Shown: positions 37,860 to 50,500 of the stretch, one piece after another
Layout: each line of letters opens with the position of its first letter
Position numbering within the stretch: position 1 is the stretch's first letter
Assembly (NCBI GenBank): GCA_038087875.1
Contig: CM075989.1
Location: forward strand, 25,360,001-25,424,000
DNA length: 64,000 bases
Direction: 5' to 3'
Source of the DNA: Malacoraja senta
Lineage: Eukaryota
Program-made: the position numbers and the translations under genes
Notes under the pieces: generated by a model
What the model saw: the letters and a program-made list of their open reading frames with translations, nothing else
What the model was told of the DNA's origin: nothing
Database searches by the model: none

Positions 37860-38792
37860 GACTTGTCACGAAGCCACTCCTTGGCTGTGTGCTTAGGGTC
37901 GTGGTCCTGTTGGAAGCTGAATCTCTGCCCCAGTCTGAAATCCAGAACTCTCTGGAGCAGGTTTTCATCAAGGATCTCTCTGTACTTTGCTCAGTTCATC
38001 TTTCCCTCGATCCTGACTAGTCTCCCAGTTCGTGCTGCTGAAAAACATCACCACAGCATGATGCTGCCACCACCATGCTTCACCGTAGGTATGGTATTGG
38101 CCAGGTGATGAGCGGTGCATGGTTTCCTCAACACGTGACGCTTGGCATTCAATCTTGGTTTCATCAGGCCAGAGCACCAGAGAAAACAACCCTTTTGGCA
38201 AACTCCAAGTGGGCTGTCATGTGCCTTTTACTGAGGAGTGGCTTACGCCAGCTCTATGAAGAGTCCTGTTGATTCCAAAGTTCTTCCATTTAAGAATGAC
38301 GGAGGCCACTTGGTTCTTCGGGACCTGCAGAAATTGTTTTATACCCTTCCCCAGATCTGTGCCTCGATACAATCCTGTCACGGAGGTCTACGGACAATTC
38401 CTTCGTCTTCATGGCTTGGTTTTTGCTCTGACATGCACTGTCAACTGTGGGACCTTATATAGACAGGTGTGTTCCTTTCCGAATCATGTCCAATCAATTT
38501 AATTTACCACTGGTGGACTCCAATCAAGTTGCAGAAATATCTCAAGGATAATCAATGGCAACAGGATGAACCTAAGCACTATTTTAAGTGTTATAGGTCT
38601 GAATACTTATGTAAATGTGATATTTCAGTTGCTTTGCAAAAACTTCTAAACACTTGTTTTTGCTTCTTCATTCTGGGATATTGTGTGTAGATTGATGATA
38701 AGAAAAATGAATTTAATCAATTTTAAAATAAGGCTGTAACATAACAAAATGTGGAAAAAGTGAAGGGGTCTGAATACTTTCTGAATGCACTG
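37860..38792 (-). mobile_element. Tc1/mariner DNA transposon, 5' TIR plus a deleted transposase remnant
   Basis: Minus strand TA|CAGTGCATTCAGAAAGTATTCAGACCCC terminus. Remnant VLW.DETKIE and [15 protein letters not shown] motifs. Confidence 0.85.
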
Positions 38793-38794
38793 TA

Positions 38795-40040
38795 TGATTA
38801 ATAAGTTTGCAGATGACACCAAAGTGGGTGGTATTGAAGATAGCGAAGATGGTTGTCAAAAATTACACCAGGATTTGGATCACTTGGTGAGGTGGGCTGA
38901 GGAATGGTGAATGGAGTTTAATACAGAGAAGTGCAGTCTTGCATTTTGTGAAGTCAAACCTAGGCAGGACCTATACAGTGAATGGCAGGGTTCTGGGGAG
39001 TATTGGAGAGCAGAGAGATCTAGGAGTGTGCAGGTACATAGTTTCTTAAAAGTGGCATCACATAGAGCTATAGGGAGAGTATTGGAGAGTGTAGGGATCT
39101 AGAAGCGTAGGTACAGTTTCTTGAAAGTGGCATCACGAGTCGAGAGGGTGATCAAGAAGTCTTTCGGCACACTGCTGTAGGAAAGATGTTGTTAAGTTGG
39201 GAGGGTGCAGAAAAGATTTATGAGAATATTGCCAGGACTCGTGGGCCTGAGCTATAGGGAGAGGTTGGGTAGGCTAGGACTTTATTGCTGTAGTGCAGGA
39301 AGATGAGATGTGATCTTATAGAGGCATACATATCATTAAAGGAATAGATAGGGTAAATGCAAGAGTCCTGAAGTTGAAATGCTTCAAGTTCCTAGGTGTA
39401 AACATCATCAATTTGTCCTGGTCTAACCACATTGATGCTGTGGGCAAGAAAACATATCAAAACCTCTACTTCCTCAAAGGCAAAGGAAATTCAGCTTGTC
39501 TCCAATTATTCTTATGAATCTCCATAGATGCACTGTAGAAAGCATCCTATTGGAATCCATGACAGTATGGCATTGCAAATGCTCTGCCCAACGTCATAAG
39601 AAATTGCTGAGTTGTGAACGCAGCCCAGTGTATCACACAAACCAGCCTCCCCCACCATCAACTCCATCCAAGCAGCCAACGTGGTCAAGCACCACTCACA
39701 CCCCAGTCATTCTCTCTTCTCCCTTATCCCAATCAGGTTGAAGTTCCACAAGCTTAAAAGCATGTCTCATCAAAGTCATGAAATGCTTCCTCCCTGCTAT
39801 TATTAGTATCTCTAACACACCTCTCACAGGCCAAGGATGAATTCCTGATTTTCTAATCTACATTTTTTTGCAGCCATTGCACTTTTTTTTTAAATTACAC
39901 TTTCTCTGTAACACTATATTCTGCACTCTGTTTAACTTCTTTTGCATAGCCTCATGCACTCTTGTATTGTATGATTTGCCCGCATAGCACGCAGAACAGC
40001 TTTTCACTGCATCTTGATACATGTGACAATAAAAAATCAA
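38795..40040 (+). mobile_element. Degraded CR1 RT fragment followed by a Rex1/Babar fragment
   Basis: KFADDTKVGG...W.MEFN.EKC (38795-39365). FKFLGV.I...L.W..H and HRCTVESIL (39370-40040). Confidence 0.7.
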
Positions 40041-42311
40041 TGTAAATACAACTGCATTAAGACTTAAGTTCTAATTAAACCCTCTTGTAATAAATGTCAA
40101 CATATAATTTGCCCCCTTAATCACTTGCTGCCTCTCTGTGTTGAATTCAGTATTGTTACATCCCTGTGAGCATCAATTCTACCCAGTCTCTCATCATTTA
40201 ACAAACATTCAGCTTTTCTTCTTTATGTATGAACGTGGATGACCACATATTGCACATTATATCCTATGTTCTTGCCCACTCAATCTGTTTGTCCATATAC
40301 GCTTGAAGCCTTTATACATACACTTCTGTATTCTCAATCCAACTTTGTTCAGTATTATCAGCAAACTGGGAAAGATGCATTCTGTATCTTTTCTCTTGCT
40401 CTGCGTATTGCACTTGAGTTTGGTTAGATTGTATTTACGTATATTATCTGATTTGATTGGTTAGCATGCCAAACAAAGCTTTTCATTGTACCTTTGCACA
40501 TGTGACAATGATAAACCTAAACCTAAAATTATTTACCTTCAATTATGTCAATCGTGAATAGCTGGGACTCAAACATCAGTCCCTGTAGGTCCACTGGTCA
40601 CAGCCGGCCAATCAGAGACGGCCACTGGTCATCACCAGCCAAAGTGATGGATCCATTGATTCCCTATTTGTTTTCTGTCCAATAATCAATTCACAATCAA
40701 TCTCAGCACATTACCCTTTCTCCCAATTCCATTTGCTCTAAACTTGTCAGTTAATTGCCTATCAAGAAATGTATCCCAAGCCATTCAGACATCTAAATAC
40801 ACCATATCAACTGGTTCTCCTTTATCTATTTGACCATGTACAGTCAAAGAATAGCCAATAGATTAATCAAATATGTATCATAAATCTATATTGACTTTGC
40901 AAAGTCCTAATATTATTTTCCAGGTGTTCTGTCATTACATCTTTGTCGTTGCTGGCTACATTGTGTTAACTTATCTCTGCTTCCTTTCTTAAACAGTGGA
41001 GTCACATTTGTTACCCATCAAACCACAAGCAACAATTCCAGCATCTGTAAAATCTTGAAAGATTGTAACGTGTGTCTCTAACACCACCAATTCAACATCT
41101 GGGATGCAGATCATGGGGGAATTACCAATACTGTTTTGTAATTTGTGCATTATTTCTTTCAATGGCAGTCCACTGTAAAGCCTTTCAACAATGTAAACTC
41201 TTCTCTCATTCTTTCATCTGTGTAGATTTGAAACCATATCTGTGCATTGAACAACATCACTTTCAACCCCAAAGTAAAATCTGGGTCATTCTGCTCCCAA
41301 AGATGCCTCAACAACAAGATTATCAATCAAACTCTTTGATTATCAATCAAACAATTTACAGAAGCTGTTTAAACTACCAACCAATGTGTGGTCATAGGGA
41401 GAATGTGTGAATCATCAGAGCCAATTAACGTTAAGAGTAAAATCAAGAAGCAAGTGGAAATCTGGAAATTACCCTCTCAAGAAACCACAGATGCTAGGGT
41501 GAACTGAAAATAGCAAGGGGCAGATTGTCAGATGTATGTCCAGCATGAAGGGATATAAAGTAGATGCAAGTAAATGGAGTTATGGTGCTGATCAGCTGTG
41601 ACCTGACAGAACAGTACTGGTCATGCTGAGCCCTGACCAGAACAGCCCGTTTGACGCAGATAGGTCTGTTGTAACACAATAGTTGCATTGCAAAGAAACT
41701 TTGTGTCAAATAAATTAATCTTATCACGACAATTGTCAATGGGGAAGAGGTTTAGAGGCTGGGGTGTTTCAGATTTACAATAAGTTGTTTTTCCCTGCAG
41801 GATCTTTTCAATAGCAATAAATGTATTGTTGTTACTGTAAGCCAAAATACTAAAGGTATATTGTTTAATAGCGTATCGTTGCATAAATATCAATAGAAGT
41901 GATTACTTGTCAATTTCAATAAAGTATTTGCTGTATTATAAGACAGTGGTGACAATGATTAGTGCATAGAGGTAACATGGAAACAGGATCTTTCCCCAAC
42001 ACTGCTTAAATCTAAGACAATTCTTTTTTCTGCTTGTCAATTTCCAAATCAAATACCGTTCCCCAATTCATCACTCGCACGAAATGTATTCGTGTTTGGG
42101 AAACGTGATAGAGCAAAACTCCAGCTATGCTGAACGCAGCACATACAACCACTCTGCATCTTAGTCCACCATCGTTCAGAGTTTAGTCCGCTCTTGACCC
42201 CACTGCATGTTCCAACTCTGCAGCCAATCATTACCACCACTATGCAGTCCCCTGTGCTAAATCCCATCATGGATGTGTCCATGTTGATACTCTTACCCAA
42301 CAGTAACTTAC

Positions 42312-42434
42312 CTTAGTTCCTGTGCTACGGACAAGAGCCAGTCTAAATTGTTTTCTCTTCTTTATCAATCCTCGCAGCTCCTGACAGCACTGGTACTTTC
42401 CAAGGTCCACTGTCTCCTCACACTGGATGTCACC
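42312..42434 (-). CDS. PLEKHO2: PLEKHO2 coding exon 3 (GDIQCEETVDLGKYQCCQELRGLIKKRKQFRLALVRSTGTK)
   Basis: Acceptor gtttcAG, donor GTAAGT, 123 nt, open frame. Resembles mammalian ...CVETVELGSYEKCQDLRALLKRKHRFILLRSPGNK. Confidence 0.92.
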
Positions 42435-43201
42435 CTGAAACGGTAATATGATTCTCAGTTAGGTACGAGGGAAACCGTTAACGGACTGCAACCCTCAGGG
42501 GAGAAAAGAAACGGACTCCAAACCGCTAGGAATCAGAGGCATACTCCAAACCCTGTGACTGAGATCACATCCTAGGGGAAAAAATCAATGATGTGTACCG
42601 AATGATGTGAGCCCCCAGGCTAAAGAAACTGACCCAAATTCCCCAGAGAATGACCACACATGCTAAAACAGAGATAATCCCAGATCCCAAAGGTAAACCA
42701 GAGATTATCTCCAGACAACTGCAAAATTAACAAGAAGTTAACCACAAATATCAGTTCTAGAAGCAAACCAGGTTCAGGTACGAGACCTGCAGGTGATGAG
42801 TATGGAAAAGGGCTCTTCTCCTTATCATGATCATGCTATTCATCGATAAAGATAATAACCTCTGATGCTCAAGGGAAACCAGAGAAGACCCCAAATTCCT
42901 GGATTGAAGTGGATTTTTTTTGTATTTATTAAGAGATATGGTATGGAAACAGGCTCTTCAGTCCACCGAGTCCTTGCCGACCAGCAACCCCCATACTCTA
43001 GCACTATTTTACACACTAAGCACAATTTACAATTTTTTTTTACCAAAGCCTAATTAATTTACAAATTAATCCCACCACTCCCAGAGGTAAACTAGTCCTC
43101 AGAGTTCTGGGTTAACCGAGGCCAACTCCCATTACCCAGGAAACATTAAACACGAGCCAAGATCAGAGCTGGAGTCTCGAGTCATGGCCCCAACGTTTTA
43201 C

Positions 43202-43327
43202 CTGCTGTTCGTAGATGAGGAGGCGGCCTCTGTCCAGTCGGATGTAGCGTTCCTTCCAGCCACCCCCCAGGAGCCCGCGGCTGCATTGCTTGCGGACCCA
43301 GCCAGCGTGGCCCGGATGGCCCCCTTC
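43202..43327 (-). CDS. PLEKHO2: PLEKHO2 coding exon 2, start of PH domain (EGGHPGHAGWVRKQCSRGLLGGGWKERYIRLDRGRLLIYEQQ)
   Basis: Pyrimidine-rich acceptor ctctctcccAG, donor GTAAAA, 126 nt. AGW.K...GLLG.WK.RY..L....L..YE matches PH strands b1-b3 of the PLEKHO family. Confidence 0.92.
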
Positions 43328-43650
43328 CTGGGAGAGAGGGAGACATTTGAGTGTTAGGAAGAAAGGAGAAACAAGCCCCCAACTGTCAGGACCCGAGAGC
43401 AGCAACCCTGACCCTACAAATCTACCGCCACCCCACAACCCTACCCCCCAACCTTCATCTTTGATTCAAATCCAAATCCCTGAAGGGACCAAATCCAGAT
43501 CACGTCACCCCACATGCTGAACTCACACTGATTCCTTTCACAGAACCCAATCCTACCAGGCTCCAGCCCAGGCCCAAACCTCATAGACCCCAGGCCCCAG
43601 GCTATGGGCCCCAGACATGAATCTCCGAAGCAGGCTGTATACTCCAGACC

Positions 43651-44130
43651 ATTCATTGATCACTGACTCAGACCCCAGAGCATTGATCACTGACCCAGAC
43701 CATTGATCACTGACCCAGACCATTAATCACTGACCCAGACTATTGATCACTGACCCAGACTATTGATCACTGACCCAGACTATTGATCACTGACCCAAAC
43801 CATTGATCACTGACCCAGACCATTGATCACTGACCCAGACTATTGATCACTGACCCAGACCATTGATCACTGACCCAGACCCGACTATTGATCACTGACC
43901 CAGACCCCAGACTATTGATCACCTACTCAGACCCCAGACCATTGATCACTGACCCAGACCCCAGACTATTGATCACTGACCCAGACCCCAGACCATTGAG
44001 CACTGACTCAGACCCCAGACTATTGATCACTGACACAGACTATTGATCACTGACCCAGACCCCAGACCATTGAGCACTGACGCAGACCATTGATCACTGA
44101 CCCAGACCCCAGACCATTGATCACTGACCC
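43651..44130. repeat. 20/27-bp minisatellite (CATTGATCACTGACCCAGAC[CCCAGAC]) in PLEKHO2 intron 1
   Basis: About 20 tandem units directly visible. Repeated at 47529-47968. Confidence 0.95.
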
Positions 44131-44440
44131 CAGGCCGGGCTGACTGACCCAGGCCGTGGACCCCAGGCCCGGCCCGGACCGCAGGCCCCCTGGCTCCAAG
44201 CCCCCGCCCCACCCGGCCATAGGCCCCGGACCCTCGCCTGCACATCCCGGCCGCACAGGGACCCTCGCCTGCACATCTCGGCAGCCGCACCGCCGGCCTC
44301 TCCACTCACCTCTCCCATGCCGGCGGCTCCGTCTCTGGGCAGAGACGCTCCGAGCTCCGAGCATCCTGTGAGGGGCGGCCCGGGCTCGGCGCTTCCTCTC
44401 TCTGACTCACCGCGCCGGCTTCCGGCAACAGCCCAGCGCA
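44130..44440 (-). promoter_or_regulatory. CpG-island-like promoter/5' UTR of PLEKHO2
   Basis: High GC and CpG density around exon 1. TGACTCA (AP-1-type) at 44403-44409, CCGGAAG (ETS-type, minus strand) near 44418-44425, and many GGGGCGGGG boxes immediately upstream. Confidence 0.65.
44310..44318 (-). CDS. PLEKHO2: PLEKHO2 coding exon 1 (MGE)
   Basis: Minus strand reads gccgccggcATGG GA GAG|GTGAGT: a strong Kozak context, 3 codons and a consensus donor, inside a CpG-rich region. Phase 0 matches exon 2. Vertebrate PLEKHO2 has a similarly tiny first coding exon. Confidence 0.8.
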
Positions 44441-46187
44441 GGGGGAGGGGGAGGGGAGGGGGAGGGGGAGGGAGGGAGGGAGGGGGAGGGGGAGGGGCGG
44501 GGAGGGGGCGGGGGAGGGGGAGGGGGCGGGGAGGGGGGGGGAGGGGAGGGGGGGTGGGCGGGGAGGGGGCGGGGAGAGGGGGAGGGGGAGGGGGAGGGGG
44601 TGGGGAAGGGGGAGGGGAGGGGGAGGGGGAGGGGGGGAGGGGGAGAGAAGGTGGGGGAGGGGGAGGGGGCGGGGAGGGGGAGGGGAGGGGGGGTGGGCGG
44701 GGAGAGACGGAGAGAGGGGGAGGGGGAGGGGGAGGGGGAGGGGGTGGGGAAGGGGGAGGGGGAGGGGGGGAGGGGGAGGGGCGGGGGAGGGGGCGGGGGA
44801 GGGGGAGGGGGAGGGGGCGGGGAGGGGGAGGGGAGGGGGGGTGGGCGGGGAGAGACGGAGAGAGGGGGAGGGGGAGGGGGAGGGGGTGGGGAAGGGGGAG
44901 GGGGAGGGGGAGGGGGAGAGGGGGGGGAGGGGGAGAGAAGGTGGGGGAGGGGGAGGGGGAGGGGAGGGGGAAGGGAGGGGGGGAGGGGGCGGGGAGGGGG
45001 CGGGGGAGGGGGAGGGGGAGGGGAGGAGGGGAGGGAGGGAGGGGGAGGGGGAGGGGGGCGGGGAGGGGGCGGGGGAGGAGGAGGGTGAGGGGGAGGGGAG
45101 GGGGGGTGGGCGGGGAGAGACGGAGAGAGGGGGAGGGAGGGGGAGGGGGAGGGGGGGGAGGGGGAGAGAAGGACAGGTGGGGGAGGGGGAGGGGGAGGGG
45201 AGGGGGAAGGGAGGGAGGGGGAGGGGGCGGGGAGGGGGCGGGGAAGGGGGAGGGGGAGGGGGGGGAGGGGGGAGGGGGGGAGGGGAGGGAGGGGGAGGGG
45301 GAGGGGGCGGGGGAGGAGGAGGGGGAGGGGGAGGGGAGGGGGATGGGCGGGGAGAGACGGAGAGAGGGGAGGGGGAGGGGGAGGGAGGGGGAGAGAAGGA
45401 CAGGTGGGGGAGGGGGGGGGAGGGGGAAGGGAGGGAGGGGGCGGGGGAGGGGGAGGGGGAGGGGGAGGGGAGGGGAGGGGGGAGGGGGAGGGGAGGGATG
45501 GAGGGGGAGGGGGATGGGCGGGGAGAGACGGAGAGAGGGGGAGGGGGAGGGAGGGAGGGAGGGGGAGAGAAGGACAGGTGGGGGAGGGGGAGGGGGAGGG
45601 GGCGGGGGAGGGGAGGGGGAGGGGGAGGGGGAGGGGGAGGGGAGGGGAGGGGGGGAGGGGGAGGGGAGGGATGGAGGGGGAGGGGGAGGGGAGGGGGATG
45701 GTCGGGGGAGGGGGGGAGGGGGAGGGGAGGGAGAGAGGGGGAGGGGGAGGGAGGGAGGGAGGGAGGGGGAGAGAAGGACAGGTGGGGGAGGGGGAGGGGG
45801 CGGGGGAGGGGAGGGGGAGGGGGAGGGGGAGGGGGAGGGGGAGGGGGAGGGGGAGGGGGAGGGGGAGGGAGGGGGAGGGGAGGGGGAGGGGGGGGAGGGG
45901 GAGGGGGATGGGCGGGGAGAGACGGAGAGAGGGGGAGGGGGAGGGAGGGAGGGAGGGAGGGGGAGAGAAGGACAGGTGGGGGAGGGGGAGGGGGAGGGGG
46001 AGGGGGAGGGGGAGGGGGAGAGGAGGGGAGGGGAGGGGGAGGGGGCGGGGCAGGGAGAGACGGAGGGAGGGGGAGAGGGAGGGAGGGAGGGAGGGGGAGA
46101 GAAGGACAGGTGGGGGAGGGAGAAGAGGGAAGAAAGGGGGAGGTGGGGGGAGAGATAACGGGTAAGGGGGGGGAGGGAGAAAGGAAG
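44440..46187. repeat. ~1.7 kb polypurine (GGGGGA)n-type low-complexity tract upstream of PLEKHO2
   Basis: Almost only G/A on the plus strand, with recurring modules GGGCGGGGAGAGACGGAGAGA and GAGAGAAGGACAGGTGGGG. Confidence 0.95.
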
Positions 46188-46297
46188 TGGAGCCATTCAG
46201 TAATTTAGGGAGAAGAGTGGGGAAGAGGAGGGAGGTCAGGTAGGCTGATACTTTTTCTCAGCACCATATTCCCTTATCATGAATCCATTGTCTCTTT

Positions 46298-46331
46298 GGT
46301 CTGAAGAAGGGTCTCGAGCCGAAACGTCACC
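46298..46331 (+). ncRNA. Minimal type I hammerhead ribozyme motif in a Penelope-derived element (duplicate at 50011-50044)
   Basis: GGT CTGAAGA A GGGTCTCGAGCC GAAA CGTC ACC: intact core, GUC cleavage triplet and palindromic ACGU stem III. Confidence 0.6.
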
Positions 46332-47098
46332 CATTTATTTTCTCCAGAGATGCTGCCTGTCCCGCTGAGTTTACACCAGCATCTGCAGTTTTCCTACACA
46401 TTCCCTTCTCGGGTACCTGTACACTGCGAATGGCTAGATTGCAATGACGTGTTGTCTTTTCGCTGGCTGGTTAGCAGGCAACAAAAGCTTTTCCCTGATC
46501 CTCAGTACACGTGACAATAAACTAAATGGATCATATTCCTGAGCTAACCCTGTACCCCTTCAATGGATATAAATGTTGTCCCCAGGTAGTGCAGAGTTTC
46601 ATTCCTGTGAACAGTTTGCAAGTTCCCACAGTAGAAGATGTCTAGCAGACTTGCAAAAGCTAGCAAATCCACCCTGCTGGTCTCCCAAACCTGCCCATGA
46701 ATACGACTGTACATAAGCTGCGAAGGACCTGCATTGACAGCCTCCAGAACACTTTTGGGTAGAGAATTCCAGAGATTCACCACCCTGTGTAGAAATTCCT
46801 GAATGGCTGACCTGTCAGGCCATGTGTGAAGTTTGTGCTCAAATGATGTTACCTCTTGTAATGAGTGGAGTCAAACACATATCAAGATACAACACCTGTT
46901 TATTAGATCTACTTACAGCATCGATCTGCAGGACATTACAGTTCCTAGCAGCTACTCATACTGAATGGTGCAGGCAAGCTCTTGTTAATATAAAACGCAT
47001 ATTAGGCGGAGCCACTACTAACAAGCACTACAATTGGCTAGTAGGAAATAACCAATCTACACCTCTCATCCTTCCAAACTCAATGAAGCAGTTGCTTC

Positions 47099-47328
47099 CA
47101 AAGATCCTCTAGCGAGCAAGATAGTCCACTCGACGAAAAAGACGTAGTACGGTCATGGGCAGATTCATGGGTAATTTAAGGCCCCATTTCCGTAACCGGC
47201 TTCCGTCTCCGCACCAAAGATCCCATAGGATAATAGTGCGGAGGCGGAAGCCGGTTACAGAAACATCCTCATAAAAATAAAGGTTATTTGGTAAAAATCT
47301 TCTCTTCATTTTCAGAATTTAAATTTAT
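47099..47328. mobile_element. MITE copy cut by the assembly gap
   Basis: Same left flank (GTTGCTTC) and sequence as 50812-51041. Confidence 0.85.
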
Positions 47329-47528
47329 NNNNNNNNNNNNNNNNNNNNNNNNNNNNNNNNNNNNNNNNNNNNNNNNNNNNNNNNNNNNNNNNNNNNNNNN
47401 NNNNNNNNNNNNNNNNNNNNNNNNNNNNNNNNNNNNNNNNNNNNNNNNNNNNNNNNNNNNNNNNNNNNNNNNNNNNNNNNNNNNNNNNNNNNNNNNNNNN
47501 NNNNNNNNNNNNNNNNNNNNNNNNNNNN
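47329..47528. other. Assembly gap (200 N)
   Basis: Run of N with a round-number length. Confidence 1.
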
Positions 47529-50500
47529 TGACCCAGACCATTGATCACTGACCCAGACCATTAATCACTGACCCAGACTATTGATCACTGACCCAGACTA
47601 TTGATCACTGACCCAGACTATTGATCACTGACCCAAACCATTGATCACTGACCCAGACCATTGATCACTGACCCAGACTATTGATCACTGACCCAGACCA
47701 TTGATCACTGACCCAGACCCGACTATTGATCACTGACCCAGACCCCAGACTATTGATCACCTACTCAGACCCCAGACCATTGATCACTGACCCAGACCCC
47801 AGACTATTGATCACTGACCCAGACCCCAGACCATTGAGCACTGACTCAGACCCCAGACTATTGATCACTGACACAGACTATTGATCACTGACCCAGACCC
47901 CAGACCATTGAGCACTGACGCAGACCATTGATCACTGACCCAGACCCCAGACCATTGATCACTGACCCCAGGCCGGGCTGACTGACCCAGGCCGTGGACC
48001 CCAGGCCCGGCCCGGACCGCAGGCCCCCTGGCTCCAAGCCCCCGCCCCACCCGGCCATAGGCCCCGGACCCTCGCCTGCACATCCCGGCCGCACAGGGAC
48101 CCTCGCCTGCACATCTCGGCAGCCGCACCGCCGGCCTCTCCACTCACCTCTCCCATGCCGGCGGCTCCGTCTCTGGGCAGAGACGCTCCGAGCTCCGAGC
48201 ATCCTGTGAGGGGCGGCCCGGGCTCGGCGCTTCCTCTCTCTGACTCACCGCGCCGGCTTCCGGCAACAGCCCAGCGCAGGGGGAGGGGGAGGGGAGGGGG
48301 AGGGGGAGGGAGGGAGGGAGGGGGAGGGGGAGGGGCGGGGAGGGGGCGGGGGAGGGGGAGGGGGCGGGGAGGGGGGGGGAGGGGAGGGGGGGTGGGCGGG
48401 GAGGGGGCGGGGAGAGGGGGAGGGGGAGGGGGAGGGGGTGGGGAAGGGGGAGGGGGAGGGGGAGGGGGAGGGGGGGAGGGGGAGAGAAGGTGGGGGAGGG
48501 GGAGGGGGCGGGGAGGGGGAGGGGAGGGGGGGTGGGCGGGGAGAGACGGAGAGAGGGGGAGGGGGAGGGGGAGGGGGAGGGGGTGGGGAAGGGGGAGGGG
48601 GAGGGGGGGAGGGGGAGGGGCGGGGGAGGGGGCGGGGGAGGGGGAGGGGGAGGGGGCGGGGAGGGGGAGGGGAGGGGGGGTGGGCGGGGAGAGACGGAGA
48701 GAGGGGGAGGGGGAGGGGGAGGGGGTGGGGAAGGGGGAGGGGGAGGGGGAGGGGGAGAGGGGGGGGAGGGGGAGAGAAGGTGGGGGAGGGGGAGGGGGAG
48801 GGGAGGGGGAAGGGAGGGGGGGAGGGGGCGGGGAGGGGGCGGGGGAGGGGGAGGGGGAGGGGAGGAGGGGAGGGAGGGAGGGGGAGGGGGAGGGGGGCGG
48901 GGAGGGGGCGGGGGAGGAGGAGGGTGAGGGGGAGGGGAGGGGGGGGTGGGCGGGGAGAGACGGAGAGAGGGGGAGGGAGGGGGAGGGGGAGGGGGGGGAG
49001 GGGAGAGAAGGACAGGTGGGGGAGGGGGAGGGGGAGGGGAGGGGGAAGGGAGGGAGGGGGAGGGGGCGGGGAGGGGGCGGGGAAGGGGAGGGGGAGGGGG
49101 GGGAGGGGGGAGGGGGGGAGGGGAGGGGAGGGGGAGGGGGAGGGGGCGGGGGAGGAGGAGGGGGAGGGGGAGGGGAGGGGGATGGGCGGGGAGAGACGGA
49201 GAGAGGGGAGGGGGAGGGGGAGGGAGGGGGAGAGAAGGACAGGTGGGGGGAGGGGGGGGAGGGGGGAAGGGAGGGAGGGGGCGGGGGAGGGGGAGGGGGA
49301 GGGGGAGGGGAGGGGAGGGGGGGAGGGGGAGGGGAGGGATGGAGGGGGAGGGGGATGGGCGGGGAGAGACGGAGAGAGGGGGAGGGGGAGGGAGGGAGGG
49401 AGGGGGAGAGAAGGACAGGTGGGGGAGGGGGAGGGGGAGGGGGCGGGGGAGGGGAGGGGGAGGGGGAGGGGAGGGGGAGGGGAGGGGAGGGGGGGAGGGG
49501 GAGGGGAGGGATGGAGGGGGAGGGGGAGGGGAGGGGGATGGTCGGGGGAGGGGGGGAGGGGGAGGGGAGGGAGAGAGGGGGAGGGGAGGGAGGGAGGGAG
49601 GGAGGGGGAGAGAAGGACAGGTGGGGGAGGGGGAGGGGGCGGGGGAGGGGAGAGGGGGAGGGGGAGGGGGAGGGGGAGGGGGGAGGGGGAGGGGGAGGGG
49701 GAGGGGGAGGGAGGGGGAGGGGAGGGGGAGGGGGGGAGGGAGGAGGGGAGGGCGGAGGGGAGAGACGGAGAGAGGGGGAGGGGGAGGAGGGGGGGGGAGG
49801 GGGGAGAGAGGGGGGAGGGGGGGGGGGAGTGGGGAGGGGGAGGGGGGGAGGGGGGGGCGGTGTTGGGGAGGGGAGGAGGGGGGGAAGGGGGGGGGGAAGA
49901 AAGGAAGTGGAGCCATTCAGTAATTTAGGGAGAAGAGTGGGGAAGGAGGGAGGGAGTCGCTTACACTTTCTCAGCACCATATTCCCTTATCAATACTCCA
50001 TTGTCTCTTTGGTCTGAAGAAGGGTCTCGAGCCGAAACGTCACCCATTTATTTTCTCCAGAGATGCTGCCTGTCCCGCTGAGTTTACACCAGCATCTGCA
50101 GTTTTCCTACACATTCCCTTCTCGGGTACCTGTACACTGCGAATGGCTAGATTGCAATGACGTGTTGTCTTTTCGCTGGCTGGTTAGCAGGCAACAAAAG
50201 CTTTTCCCTGATCCTCAGTACACGTGACAATAAACTAAATGGATCATATTCCTGAGCTAACCCTGTACCCCTTCAATGGATATAAATGTTGTCCCCAGGT
50301 AGTGCAGAGTTTCATTCCTGTGAACAGTTTGCAAGTTCCCACAGTAGAAGATGTCTAGCAGACTTGCAAAAGCTAGCAAATCCACCCTGCTGGTCTCCCA
50401 AACCTGCCCATGAATACGACTGTACATAAGCTGCGAAGGACCTGCATTGACAGCCTCCAGAACACTTTTGGGTAGAGAATTCCAGAGATTCACCACCCTG

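Noticed and set aside
43651..44130. 20-bp repeat array as CRISPR or iteron array
   Set aside because: It is a head-to-tail minisatellite without spacers, inside intron 1.
44121..50017. Very long Pro-rich and Gly/Glu/Arg-rich ORFs (600-690 aa) on both strands
   Set aside because: The G/A-only tract cannot form stop codons, so nearly all frames are open. There is no domain, and the two copies disagree in frame.
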